From an uncultured Rhodothermales bacterium (lineage in GTDB: Bacteria > Bacteroidota > Rhodothermia > Rhodothermales > VXPQ01): 64,000 nt of DNA. The stretch lies in assembly GCA_964608315.1 (NCBI GenBank), contig CAZSNF010000007.1, forward strand, positions 5,508 to 69,507. The letters run 5' to 3'. Positions within the stretch are counted from its first letter, which is position 1; each line of letters starts with the position of its first letter. Positions 13,053-22,927 of the stretch are shown here, piece by piece. The position numbers were made by a program, and so were the translations under genes. The notes under the pieces are model-generated. The model saw only the letters and a program-made list of their open reading frames with translations, had not been told where the DNA came from and did not search any database.

Positions 13053-13867
13053 GTTTTCAGCGTCCGGACAATTTCTGTCGCCAGCCGATGCTGGTTCAAC
13101 GTATACAAATGTATGTGCTCCACGCCTTCCGACCTGAGTCGCAGGGCTTGCGTACAGACGACGTCCCGGGCGATCTCGAAGACTTCCTCGTTGCTTTTTC
13201 CCTCGAACCCGGCCCGCAACGCATTCGGCACGACCGTTCCGCACTTGTCGGCGAATCCGAATACCCGGGAAGGATTATGGATGGGCATGACGCCGGGCCA
13301 GACAGGCGCCGCGACGCCCCGGCGGGCGCATTCGTCCCGAAACGACAGGAAGGCGTCCGTATCGAAGAAAAGTTGCGAGATCGCGAAATCGGCGCCGGCC
13401 GCCACCTTGCGTTCCAGCACCGCGAACCGGTCGTCGGGACTGTGGTCTTCGGGGTGCCCTTCCGGATAGCAGCCGACGCCTATTTCGAACTCCGGAGCGA
13501 CGTCTCTGAGCCCTGCGATCAACTCCCAGGAGGATGCATAGTGCGCTTCGCTCGGCGCATAGCCGTCCGGCTTGTCGCCTCGCAGAGCGATGCAGCGGCG
13601 GACGCCAATCTCGGCGTAGGCGCGCGCCAGGCGAGCGATCCGGTCGCGCGTACGGCCCACGCTCGACATGTGAGGGCAGCACGCGGCGCGATACTTCGTC
13701 CGCAATGCGCGCACCAGTTCCAGCGTGCCGTGCTGCGCCGATCCCGCCGCCCCGCAGGATACGCTTACGAAGCGCGGCTCCAGCGCAAGCAGCGCAGGGA
13801 GGTTCGCTTCGAGTCGTTCTTCGGCAAGCGCTGAGCGCGGCGGAAAGAATTCCAGGGAGAAGGTCAT
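13049..13867 (-). CDS. metF: Methylenetetrahydrofolate reductase
   Basis: 272 aa, [12 protein letters not shown]... N-terminus typical of MetF. Translationally coupled to metH. Confidence 0.9.
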
Positions 13868-14176
13868 GCTATGGGAAAATTGGATGGCCTGGCTCGGCGG
13901 ATCGGGCGGATTCCGAACCGGTCGGCGCTGTCGGAATGCGCCGGAGGCGGGCCTTCGAACGGTTATTCAGCGGGATCCCAACGGCGTCGATTCGTTCAGA
14001 GTGTCCTCTGATAAGGCGGGAAGCGGGGGAGGTGCGTATGCAGGGCGGCGCAGCGCTTTTTGCAATGGCTTCGGGCAATGGCGCGCGTTTGGCCTGCAAG
14101 AGACACTCTAACGCCGAGGCTCCGTCATGTTCCCTGTGCGGGCAACCATCAGGCGGGCATGCTTGCGAAAAATATA

Positions 14177-14277
14177 ATTCGTCAAAAAAGACGATATAAT
14201 GAACATAAACGCCTTTTAATCGTCATTTTTTGCGATTAGAAGAAATAAAAAATTATTCGCAAATAAAGACGAATTAT
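14177..14277. promoter_or_regulatory. Three imperfect palindromes, candidate HipB operators in an AT-rich promoter region
   Basis: ATTCGTCaaaaaaGACGAT (14177-14195), TAATCGtcattttttgCGATTA (14217-14238) and ATTATTCGcaaataaagaCGAATTAT (14252-14277). A further CGAATTAT half-site overlaps the hipB start region. Confidence 0.4.
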
Positions 14278-14316
14278 CGTATATTATGCCCATCTCATCG
14301 CCATAAAATGCGAATT

Positions 14317-14676
14317 ATGTCTTTGGAAAATCAAAATACCGACGAATATCTGCTTGCCGAGCTCGGCAAGCGTTTCGCCCGCGAGCGCCTCGATATGGGC
14401 GTTACCCAGGCCGACCTTGCTTTCGAGGCGGGAATATCCAAGCGTACGCTGGAGCGCATCGAGGCGGGCAAGGCGGTCCAGTTCACCAGCGTTATCCGCG
14501 CGCTCAGGGCATTGCGTCTTGTTCCGAACCTTGATGCGCTGGTTCCGAAAACCGGTCAACGCCCCATGGACGTCCTGAGGAGCAGGCAAGGCAAGCAGCG
14601 CCGGCGCGCGCCGTCTTCCAAACCCAATGTCGTGCGGGAACCGCCTGGAGCATGGCGTTGGGGAGATGAACAATGA
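14317..14676 (+). CDS. hipB: XRE-family HTH antitoxin (HipB-like)
   Basis: HTH segment MGVTQADLAFEAGISKRTLERIEAG. ATG candidates at 14308 and 14317. The stop overlaps the hipA ATG (ATGA at 14673-14676). Confidence 0.8.
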   Translation: MSLENQNTDEYLLAELGKRFARERLDMGVTQADLAFEAGISKRTLERIEAGKAVQFTSVIRALRALRLVPNLDALVPKTGQRPMDVLRSRQGKQRRRAPSSKPNVVREPPGAWRWGDEQ

Positions 14677-15977
14677 CGTACGCCGAAGTCAAACTTTGGG
14701 GAAGCACGGTCGCCGCCGTCACGCTCGCGGACGGCCAGGAAGTCGCCGATTTCGAATTCGCCCCGACATTTCTTGAAAGCGGCATAGAGCCGGCGCCGCT
14801 CGCCATGCCCTTGTCCGGCAGGGTGTACCGGTTTCCTGCGCTTGCCCGCGAATCGTTTTACGGTCTTCCCGGCATGTTGGCGGATGCGCTGCCGGATCGT
14901 TTCGGTCACGCCGTGATCGACGCCTGGCTGGCGAAGCAGGGGAGGCCGCCGGATTCGCTCAATGCCGTCGAGCGGCTGTGTTACACGGGGTCTCGCGGGA
15001 TGGGCGCGATGGAGTTTGCGCCCGCGACGGGGCCCCGGGCAGGTCCGGGGCAGCGTCTTCAGGTGGATCGGCTGGCGGCGCTGGCTTCCGACATCCTGCA
15101 ACGACGCGAAGCATTGCATTTGTCCTTTGGCGAGCAAGACGACGAAGCGCCGCTTCAGGAAATCCTGCGGGTGGGCACGTCCGCAGGCGGCGCCCGCGCA
15201 AAGGCCGTGATCGCCTGGAACCCGCATACCAGGGAGGTTCGCTCGGGACAGATAGCGGCTGGCGACGGGTTCGAATACTGGCTGCTCAAGTTTGACGGCG
15301 TCGGCGGAGAACAGGACGGAGGGTGGGCGGCTCCGAGGGGATACGGCGCCGTCGAATACGCCTATTACCTTATGGCGCGGGACGCCGGGATCGAAATAGC
15401 CGATAGCCGCCTGTTCGAAGAAGGCGGGCGGCGGCATTTCATGACCCGCCGCTTTGATCGGCTGCCTGATGGGGCCAAGTTGCACATGCAGTCGCTGGGC
15501 GCGCTGGCGCACCTTGATTTCAACGAGGCGGGCGCCCATTCTTACGAACAGGCGCTCATGGTCATTCGCAGGCTGGGGCTTTCGATGAACGCGGTAGAGG
15601 AACAGTTTCGCCGCATGGCTTTCAATGTCTTCGCCCGCAACCAGGACGATCACGTGAAAAACATTGCTTTTCTTATGGACAGGACCGGAGCGTGGTCGTT
15701 GGCGCCTGCCTTCGACCTGACCTACGCCTGCAATCCGGAGGGCAAGTGGACCGCTGTCCACCAGATGACGCTGAACGGAAAACAGGAAAAGTTCGGGATG
15801 GAAGATTTCCGGGCCTGCGCCCGGGCCGCCGCCATGAAACGGGGGCGAGCGGAAGCTATTTGCGCCGAGGTCCGCGAGGTCGTGTCGCGCTGGCCGGACT
15901 ACGCGGAAGCGGCGCGCGTCGCCGCCGTGCAACGAGACGCCATACGAGCGCGTATTGAAGATGCTGCTATCCTGTAA
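14673..15977 (+). CDS. hipA: HipA-family serine/threonine kinase toxin
   Basis: 434 aa with the HipA catalytic-loop signature NQDDHVKNIAFLMD. N-terminal coupling to hipB. Confidence 0.9.
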   Translation: MTYAEVKLWGSTVAAVTLADGQEVADFEFAPTFLESGIEPAPLAMPLSGRVYRFPALARESFYGLPGMLADALPDRFGHAVIDAWLAKQGRPPDSLNAVERLCYTGSRGMGAMEFAPATGPRAGPGQRLQVDRLAALASDILQRREALHLSFGEQDDEAPLQEILRVGTSAGGARAKAVIAWNPHTREVRSGQIAAGDGFEYWLLKFDGVGGEQDGGWAAPRGYGAVEYAYYLMARDAGIEIADSRLFEEGGRRHFMTRRFDRLPDGAKLHMQSLGALAHLDFNEAGAHSYEQALMVIRRLGLSMNAVEEQFRRMAFNVFARNQDDHVKNIAFLMDRTGAWSLAPAFDLTYACNPEGKWTAVHQMTLNGKQEKFGMEDFRACARAAAMKRGRAEAICAEVREVVSRWPDYAEAARVAAVQRDAIRARIEDAAIL

Positions 15978-16054
15978 TCGGCGTTATGGGATACTCTGAT
16001 CAAAACCACTTCGCGATATTACACAATATCAAGACTTAAAGTATTACATCAATC

Positions 16055-18214
16055 ATGGAGTTTCTCAATCCGTTCATGCTTTTCGCGCTGGGCGCGGCGG
16101 CGATCCCGGTGATTGTGCACCTGTTCCATTTCCGTCGTCCGCGGAAGGTGGATTTCAGTTCGCTCACCTTTGTTCGGGAATTGCAAAAGACCACGATGCA
16201 GCGGGTGCGCTTGCGGCAGTGGCTGCTGCTTGCGCTGCGCCTGCTCGCCATCGTGTGCCTGGCGCTCGCCTTTGCGCGCCCGTCGCTTACGGGCGAGGCG
16301 GCCGGGGCCCTTGGAGGCGCGGCGAGGTCTTCCGCTGTGTTCGTCGTAGATAATTCGCTTTCCATGACGCTCCGGGATGCGGAGGGGGAATATCTTCGGC
16401 AGGCCAGGGAGATCGTGTCCGGGTTGCTGCGGGAATTCGAGGAGCGCGACGAGATTTTTCTGCGGACGACCGGCGGGGATCCGGCGCCTGCCGGACCGCT
16501 TTCGCCCGCCGCGGCCCTTGATGCGGTCGAGGAGATTCGGGCCTCTGCCGGAAGCGTATCGACGCTGGAGGCCGTTCGTTCCGCGACGGAAGCGTTGCAG
16601 GAAGCCGCGCATCCGAACCGGGAAGCATATTTCGTGACCGACATGCAGGCGTCGGCGCTGGCGGATACCGTGCGCGCGGCGCCCGCGGAGGGTTTGCGGG
16701 CCTATTTGCTGCCGGTCGGGGGGCGGACGCAGGCCAATGTCGCCGTGGTCGATGTGCGTATCGATAGCCGGATCGTCGAGACGGGCCAGCCGGTGCGTTT
16801 GTCGGCTACGCTGGTGAATTATTCGGACGAACCTGTCGAAGGGTATGCGGCGAGCGTGTTTCTGGAGGGGCGGCGCCTGGCGCAGGCTACGGCGGATTTG
16901 CCGCCCCGCGAACCGACCGATGTGTCCTTTGCCGTTACGGCGCCCGAAGCCGGGTGGCTCGCCGGCATGGTTGAAATCCCGGAGGATGCGTATCCCGCCG
17001 ACGACCGCCGCTATTTTACGCTGCATGCGCCCGAGCGGCGGCGAATTTTGATTGTGCGGGGCGCCGGCGAGGACACCCGTTTTCTGGAACTGGCGCTGTC
17101 GCCGGAACTGGCGCGCGACCGCGTGGCCTTCGACGTAACCGTTATTCCCGAAACAAGCCTGATGGCAACCGGGCCGGACCGGTACGATGCGGTGGTGATG
17201 GCGGGCGTTCGGACCCTTTCCAGCGGAGAAGCAGAGGCGCTGGCGCGATACGTGGCGGGCGGCGGCGGGTTGCTGCTTGGCCCGTCGGCGGCGGGGCAGG
17301 AAGGGGAACATGCGTACAATGCCTTGCTGGAGGCGATCGGGGGCGGTCGCATAGCCGGGTTCAACGGATCGCCGGATGCGCAAACCCGCATCGCTTCGTT
17401 CGACCGCGTGGAGCTGGAGCACCCGCTTTTCGAGGGCGTTTTTCATGTCGGGCCGGAAGAGGACGCGCCGAATGTGGAGCGTCCGGAAATATGGTTCGCC
17501 GCCCGCTACGAGCCGCAAGGCGCCGGGGAGCAGTCCGTCATTCGTCTTTCCAACGGCGATCCGTTCCTGCAGGAAATCCGGCATGGGCGGGGCGTGGCGC
17601 TGCTGCTTGCCGTGGCGCCCGACGCGCGCTGGAGCGAACTGCCCGTACGGGGTTTGTTCGTCCCGCTCATGTATCGCTCCCTGTACTATTTGTCGGCCTG
17701 GGAATCCATTGCGGGCGAGCAGTTTCCTGCGGGTCGTTCCGCCGAGCTCCGCATTCCCCGGCTTCCCGACGAGGCCCTGTTTCGACTTGCGGGGCCCGAC
17801 GGGACGGAGTACGCGCCCGAACAGCGCGACTTGTTCGACGCTGCCTTGCTGACGCTGGATCGGGAAGCAGTCGAGCGTCCCGGCGTCTACGACGTGTATG
17901 CGGGCGACGACATTGCGCGCCGCATTGCGTTCAATGCAGACGAGCGGGAATCGGACCTGCTCGCGATGGAAACAGAGGAGGCCCGGCGGCGGATGGCCGA
18001 GGTGGTCGGCGGGCCGGTGGAAATCATAGCGGCGGGGGGGCGTTCCGCCGGGGAGGTCGTGGCGACGGTGGCGGAACAGCGTACGGGGCGCGAACTGTGG
18101 AAAGCGTTCCTGCTCCTGTCGCTGCTGTTCCTGACGGCGGAAATGGCGGTGGCGAAGGGATGGCGCCCCGCGGCGAAAAGGGGCGCGCCCCTGTTTGCCC
18201 GCGCAGGATCATAG
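16055..18214 (+). CDS. BatA_N (aerotolerance regulator N-terminal) domain membrane protein
   Basis: MEFLNPFMLFALGAAAIPVIVHLFHFRRPRKVDFSSLTF is the characteristic double-TM BatA N-terminus. 719 aa with a C-terminal TM. Confidence 0.75.
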   Translation: MEFLNPFMLFALGAAAIPVIVHLFHFRRPRKVDFSSLTFVRELQKTTMQRVRLRQWLLLALRLLAIVCLALAFARPSLTGEAAGALGGAARSSAVFVVDNSLSMTLRDAEGEYLRQAREIVSGLLREFEERDEIFLRTTGGDPAPAGPLSPAAALDAVEEIRASAGSVSTLEAVRSATEALQEAAHPNREAYFVTDMQASALADTVRAAPAEGLRAYLLPVGGRTQANVAVVDVRIDSRIVETGQPVRLSATLVNYSDEPVEGYAASVFLEGRRLAQATADLPPREPTDVSFAVTAPEAGWLAGMVEIPEDAYPADDRRYFTLHAPERRRILIVRGAGEDTRFLELALSPELARDRVAFDVTVIPETSLMATGPDRYDAVVMAGVRTLSSGEAEALARYVAGGGGLLLGPSAAGQEGEHAYNALLEAIGGGRIAGFNGSPDAQTRIASFDRVELEHPLFEGVFHVGPEEDAPNVERPEIWFAARYEPQGAGEQSVIRLSNGDPFLQEIRHGRGVALLLAVAPDARWSELPVRGLFVPLMYRSLYYLSAWESIAGEQFPAGRSAELRIPRLPDEALFRLAGPDGTEYAPEQRDLFDAALLTLDREAVERPGVYDVYAGDDIARRIAFNADERESDLLAMETEEARRRMAEVVGGPVEIIAAGGRSAGEVVATVAEQRTGRELWKAFLLLSLLFLTAEMAVAKGWRPAAKRGAPLFARAGS

Positions 18215-19294
18215 CGCGCCGCCGTATTCTCTGGTCGGGTCCCGGTACACGGAATGATTGTGCCCCGCGTCGTCTCCGAGGTTGCCCTGCGTGGAGAATT
18301 CGATCAAAAGACGCGGCCCCTGAATGCGATAATACACGCTGCCGCCGCCATCGGTGGGGCCATGCCACGCGAACCGGGTTTCGGGCAGGTCGGCGGCGAT
18401 TTCCGCGCGGCGCGTTTCGGCGGCGGCTTCGGGCAGCACGCCGACCCACAGGTCGATCAGTTCCATGAGCATCTCCTGCTGCGCGGGCGACCACGCTGTC
18501 GCAAGGGCGCCTTCCATGGGCGGAACCACCCCGTCTTGTCCGGCTCCGGCGTACACTTCTTTCGGGCGGTTGTTTGTCCGGGCCGCCTCTTGTTGCGTTT
18601 CGTTCAGCGATTGCGCCAGCGCCAGACCGCCTTCCAGTTCTGCTTGCAGCGGCGCGAAGGTCTTGCCTCCGTCCTCGTACGTCGCCGGCTCCACGCCGAG
18701 GAACGTGGGGGTCAAAAACATGCGCCCTTCGGCGAGCGTTACGTTTACGGCAAGGTGATGGCCGCCGAATTGCCACGCCCAGGTTTCTGTTTCGGAGGGC
18801 GCGCCGAACACGGCGAACCAGTAATTGTCCTCTGTCCAGCCGAATCGGGTTGCACGCGGGGACGATTGCGCCAGTATCTCGTCCGCCCGCACGATCTGGC
18901 GCACTTTCTCGAAGCCCTCCTTGCTCAGGGACGTTTCCAGCACGGCGAACACCGAGGCCAGTTGCTCTTCGTTCAGGTCGCCCATGCGGACGCCGTTTCG
19001 CTCGAAATCAAGGATATTCGGGGGCAGGTTCGACCAGTTGCGGCGTTTTTCGTCCTTCAGGTCGTATTGCACTTGCTCCAGCAGGGTCTCGTCGAGCGTA
19101 TCGTACAGCGCCTCGACAGCGGCCGCCGTTTCCGCGATCTTCTCGTCGTCTGGCGCAGCGCTTGGTGGTTGCGCCGCCCCTGTGGGCGGGATGGGGTTGC
19201 GCGCAGCCTGGCCTGACATTGCGCCGTACGCTGCGACAGAGACAATCAGGATCAGAAAAACGAGGGCGAGGATGCGAGGAGGTTTGCGGAGCAT
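18209..19294 (-). CDS. Secreted DUF3500-like protein
   Basis: 361 aa with an N-terminal signal-like segment (ILALVFLILIVSVAAYGA). The internal WAWQFGGHHLAVNV motif is recalled from DUF3500 proteins. Confidence 0.65.
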   Translation of the reverse strand: MLRKPPRILALVFLILIVSVAAYGAMSGQAARNPIPPTGAAQPPSAAPDDEKIAETAAAVEALYDTLDETLLEQVQYDLKDEKRRNWSNLPPNILDFERNGVRMGDLNEEQLASVFAVLETSLSKEGFEKVRQIVRADEILAQSSPRATRFGWTEDNYWFAVFGAPSETETWAWQFGGHHLAVNVTLAEGRMFLTPTFLGVEPATYEDGGKTFAPLQAELEGGLALAQSLNETQQEAARTNNRPKEVYAGAGQDGVVPPMEGALATAWSPAQQEMLMELIDLWVGVLPEAAAETRRAEIAADLPETRFAWHGPTDGGGSVYYRIQGPRLLIEFSTQGNLGDDAGHNHSVYRDPTREYGGAL

Positions 19295-19676
19295 GGGAGG
19301 GAAGCGATTTGTTTGCGGCGCCTCGGGATACCCCGATTATATCCCGTTAGGGGCGTTTTATTCCCTTGCGGAGCGCGTTTTTGTCAGTCTATCCTCCCGT
19401 TCCTGTAGCGCAGTTTCGGGCCGCCGCGTTTTTCGGCCTTTCTCAAACCCGGGACCTTTCGACAGGGCGCATCCTCCTGCGGGGAAGGGGTTTCCGTCGC
19501 CCCAAACAGCCTTACGCTTACGGTGTTGTTTTACAGCTTCGGCATTCCCTGGTCCACAAAAACGATTCGGCGAAGCCCGCAACCCTCCTCTCCGGCCTGC
19601 GTATATCGACTATGCTCCGTTTTTCGCACAGGAAAACATACCCGTTCGCTGAAACATTCCCGGCTCCGCCCCCTCT

Positions 19677-21074
19677 TTGCACGAACACAAACTTTCTGCT
19701 GCTGAAACCGCAGTGCTCGTAGGCGTCGTAACGCCCGACGCTTCTCGATGGGACGTCAACGATTCGCTCGATGAACTGACCGAGCTGGCTTCCGCCGCCG
19801 GCGCCGTCGTAACCGATCGGATGACGCAGTCTCTCTCAAGGGTCAATCCGACTACCTATATCGGGGCGGGCAAGGTTGCCGAATTGAAGAGCCTGATCGG
19901 GGAGCGGGGCAGCGATCTCGTCATTTTCGACGATGACTTGTCCCCGGTGCAAGTCCGCAACCTCGAAAAAGCCCTCGATTGCAAACTGCTCGACCGATCA
20001 GGGCTGATTCTGGATATTTTCGCTACGCGGGCCCGTTCGGCGGCGGCGCAGACGCAGGTCGAGCTCGCGCAACTCAATTACCTCCGGACGCGCCTTACGC
20101 GGCACTGGACTCACCTTTCCCGTCAAAAGGGCGGCATCGGAACGAAAGGCCCGGGGGAGACGCAGATCGAAACGGACCGGCGGCTTATCGGGGACCGGAT
20201 TGCGGTGCTCAAGGAGCGGCTGAAAAAGATTGACCGGCAACGCACCGCACAGCGCAAGGGCCGCGCAGGGTTTACCCGCGTTGCGCTGGTCGGATACACG
20301 AATGCGGGCAAATCCACCTTGATGAACGTACTCGCCGACGCCGATGTGTTCGCCGAGGACCGCCTTTTCGCTACGCTCGACGCCACGACGCGGCATGTTC
20401 CGCTGGGCGGCGGCAGGCAGATGCTGTTTGCGGATACGGTCGGATTCATTCGCAAACTGCCTCATAACCTGATCGAAAGTTTCAAGAGTACGCTTGACGA
20501 AGTTCGCGAAAGCGATGTGCTGGTGCATGTAATTGATGTGACGCATCCCCGGTACGAGGATCATATCGAGGTGGTCCGCGCGACATTGGGCGAACTGGGC
20601 GCGGCGGACAAACCGCTTCTGCCTGCGTTCAACAAGGTGGATCGGCTGGAAGACGCGGAATTGCTTAATGCGCTCCGGGGGCGTTTTCCCGAGGCGGCTT
20701 TCGTGTCGGCGTTGCGCGGGATCGGCCTTGCCCATTTCAAGGAGCGCCTGCTGGAGGTCGTGGAGCGCGATTTCGTGGAGCGCACGGCGTACGTTCCCGT
20801 GGCGGAGTCGCAAACGATCGCGCGCATTCACCGGGAGGCGGAGGTGATGTCCGAGGAATATCTCTACGCCCGAAACGGGGAGCCGACGGACGAGGATCCG
20901 ATTCCCGTAGCCCGGCTGCGTTTCCGGTGTCCCCGGGAATTCGACCTGAATATTCGCCCCGTTCTGAAACGGTTCGCCGGGTTAGGGCCTGATAACACTA
21001 TGCAGCAATGCTCTGTTCCGTCAGGCACGGCGTCAATCAAGGCGCGAGGAGTGAAGTTTGGTGGTTCCAAATGA
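19677..21074 (+). CDS. hflX: GTPase HflX
   Basis: HflX N-terminal domain (LVGVVTPD...SLDELTELASAAGA), G1 motif GYTNAGKSTL, G3 motif DTVGFI, G4 motif NKVD. TTG start at 19677 is uncertain. Confidence 0.9.
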   Translation: MHEHKLSAAETAVLVGVVTPDASRWDVNDSLDELTELASAAGAVVTDRMTQSLSRVNPTTYIGAGKVAELKSLIGERGSDLVIFDDDLSPVQVRNLEKALDCKLLDRSGLILDIFATRARSAAAQTQVELAQLNYLRTRLTRHWTHLSRQKGGIGTKGPGETQIETDRRLIGDRIAVLKERLKKIDRQRTAQRKGRAGFTRVALVGYTNAGKSTLMNVLADADVFAEDRLFATLDATTRHVPLGGGRQMLFADTVGFIRKLPHNLIESFKSTLDEVRESDVLVHVIDVTHPRYEDHIEVVRATLGELGAADKPLLPAFNKVDRLEDAELLNALRGRFPEAAFVSALRGIGLAHFKERLLEVVERDFVERTAYVPVAESQTIARIHREAEVMSEEYLYARNGEPTDEDPIPVARLRFRCPREFDLNIRPVLKRFAGLGPDNTMQQCSVPSGTASIKARGVKFGGSK

Positions 21075-21318
21075 GCGACGAGCAACGAAGAGTAACGCCG
21101 TGACCGGCGGAACCCGAAGGGCGGGGCCTCTTTTCCCGCCATGCGGCGTTGCCGCTCGCTTATGTGGCCAGGCCACACTGCGCTCGCGGCGCCTGGCCTG
21201 GCGGGAAAACAGGCCCCGCAGAGCGCCGCTGCATAGTGTTAACAGGCCCTGAAGGATCTGCGCCCAGGAGTGATACGGTTCCGCGTTGCAGTTCCGGGTT
21301 TTTTTCCGTATCCATTAT

Positions 21319-21348
21319 GTATATGTATTGTGCGTATATGTATTGCGC
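21319..21348. repeat. 15-bp tandem direct repeat x2 upstream of a membrane-protein gene
   Basis: GTATATGTATTGTGC (21319-21333) followed by GTATATGTATTGCGC (21334-21348), about 33 nt upstream of ATG 21381. Confidence 0.6.
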
Positions 21349-21380
21349 GGCCCGGAATCGTTCATCAAAAGACTTACGTT

Positions 21381-21830
21381 ATGCATATGCTCAAACGTAT
21401 TACAGGCGCTTATCTCCTTCTGGTGGCCGTTGCGGTCGCCGTGCATACGGTCGTCGAGCCGCTTTATTACGCTTCCACCGAGGCGAGCCCGTACAGTCCG
21501 TTCTGGAGTATTCTCAATCCGTGTATGGCGCTGGCCATCGCGCTATCTATCGCGTTCGGGCATTTCCGTCTGCAGCGCGTGGATCGGGAAGGAGCCGATG
21601 CGCCGGTGACGCGCGGCTATCTTTGCGCGAACGTGCTGTATTTCGGGACGCTCTTTATTGGCGTCCTGTTCTTCTGGAACTGGTTCAATCTTCATAGCCC
21701 CGAATTCACGGTGATCGGGCCGGACGCGGTTTCGCTCACATGGATCGTCATCGACGCTGCGTTGCCGCTGCTTCTGGGCGCGGCGGGCGTACAAATGCTG
21801 GGGTGGGGGTGCTGCGGGAAGGAAGCGTAG
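21381..21830 (+). CDS. Integral membrane protein, function unknown
   Basis: Probable start ATG 21381 (MHMLKRITGAYLLLVAVAVAVHT...). Four predicted hydrophobic helices. Confidence 0.5.
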   Translation: MHMLKRITGAYLLLVAVAVAVHTVVEPLYYASTEASPYSPFWSILNPCMALAIALSIAFGHFRLQRVDREGADAPVTRGYLCANVLYFGTLFIGVLFFWNWFNLHSPEFTVIGPDAVSLTWIVIDAALPLLLGAAGVQMLGWGCCGKEA

Positions 21831-21976
21831 GGGAAAACACAGGGGCGGATTGCGCATCTTCTCGCGAAGCGCCTGCGGCAGATGACGGCTCCCGCCTTTT
21901 GCAACCGGCTTCGGGTCTGTCCCGCCTTTTGTTGGCGCAGGGGGCCCCTCGCCCGTCTGGCTCCAAGGGCAGGCGA

Positions 21977-22486
21977 TCATTCGGGAGCAAGCACGGCAAG
22001 TTCCGCCATGAAACGCGCTATTACGCGCTCGTTGGCGTGGAAGGGGCTCAGGCCCTGCATCCGCCGCGCGATGGTTATGGCGCGTTGTCGCGTCAGGGCG
22101 CCGGCGGCGACCATATCCTCAATCGGGCCAATGCCGTATTGCGCCGCGACGCCGCGCCGTACGCATAGGCGTCGAAGTGCGCCATCGTTCGTGACGCATG
22201 TCCAGTTTTTGTCGATGCATGCGAGCAGGCAGAGGTGTGCATTGAAGGACACATGCGTACTGGTTTCCGCAGCCTGCATCAGCCAGGTCGTCTCGGTCGC
22301 GACAATATCGACGCCAAGTTGCTCGCATTGTCCCGGGGTCATATCCCCCGTTTCGTGGAATACGGGTTCGAGCACGAGCACCTTGCCTATGTGGCGCTTT
22401 ATGAGTTCAAGGACGCCGAATCCGGCCTCGTGGTAATTTACCAGCACATCCGCATCCGCAATAAGAATCGCAGGGGGTATCGTCAT
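21977..22486 (-). CDS. PIN-domain-like protein (putative VapC-type toxin), no clear antitoxin
   Basis: 169 aa. N-terminal ILIADADVLVNY, central EPVFHE, and later CLLACIDKNWTCVTNDGALRRLC resemble the acidic quartet layout of PIN/DUF3368-type nucleases. Confidence 0.55.
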   Translation of the reverse strand: MTIPPAILIADADVLVNYHEAGFGVLELIKRHIGKVLVLEPVFHETGDMTPGQCEQLGVDIVATETTWLMQAAETSTHVSFNAHLCLLACIDKNWTCVTNDGALRRLCVRRGVAAQYGIGPIEDMVAAGALTRQRAITIARRMQGLSPFHANERVIARFMAELAVLAPE

Positions 22487-22711
22487 TTTTATCGGGGGGT
22501 TTCCAGGCTTTCGCCGTGCGTTGCCGAAACGGCGGCGATGCGCGCCTCGTTCATATTTTCCGTCGCCATTCGCGAAAGGTCCGCCTGACGCGCTTCATTC
22601 TTCCCGGGGCCACACTACCGATCCGGCCTCAACGAGCGACCTTCGAGGCAATGCTTTTTCGTCAGGCAGTATGGATGGTCCCTTGAAGCGGCCTGCAAAT
22701 TAACCGTTCCT

Positions 22712-22927
22712 TCATTTTTTGTCAAAACAATCTTGTTTGCCGACGTTCCGTTCGTAGCCGTCGCATTGCAGCACCGGGAGGCGCGGGTATTTCGGGTACG
22801 CCGGGTCGGTGCTGGAGCGTTTGCACAGGTAGAACCGGCTTTCCGCCCGGGAAATGACGAGGCGGGCGCGCCGGCAATGGAGGCAAAGCCCCACCTGCGC
22901 TTCCTGGTCAGACGTGTTCGTGGCCAT
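22712..22927 (-). CDS. Small Cys-containing (zinc-ribbon-like) protein
   Basis: 71 aa with CLHC...C(x22)C spacing (GLCLHCRRARLVISRAESRFYLCKRSSTDPAYPKYPRLPVLQCDGYE). The start overlaps the 3' end of the upstream gene by 20 nt. Confidence 0.5.
   Translation of the reverse strand: MATNTSDQEAQVGLCLHCRRARLVISRAESRFYLCKRSSTDPAYPKYPRLPVLQCDGYERNVGKQDCFDKK

Noticed and set aside
13868-14110. A possible SAM or cobalamin riboswitch in the metF-metH leader. The minus strand contains CTTATCAGAGGACAC and a 12-bp stem (GGCGCATTCCGA...TCGGAATCCGCC).
   Set aside because: I could not find the SAM-I core (GAGGGA..GGCCC..GCAACC) or a B12 box. Only a generic hairpin is present. An Infernal scan would be needed for any call.
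15988-16007. Solitary sequences resembling the structured-repeat ends: GGGATACTCTGATCAAAACC here, TTTGATCAGGG at 46935-46945, and GGACCATTCTGATCGAC at 49173-49189 inside the GT2 start.
   Set aside because: The matches are short (11-17 nt), have no paired partner, and one lies in coding sequence. They may be chance or reflect an RBS-like AGGA..CTGATC context.
22487-22711. A candidate antitoxin upstream of the PIN-like gene (a 26-codon ORF, MATENMNEARIAAVSATHGESLETPR).
   Set aside because: It is too short, has no RBS and no recognisable RHH/AbrB/Phd-like motif. The frame upstream is closed by a stop codon.
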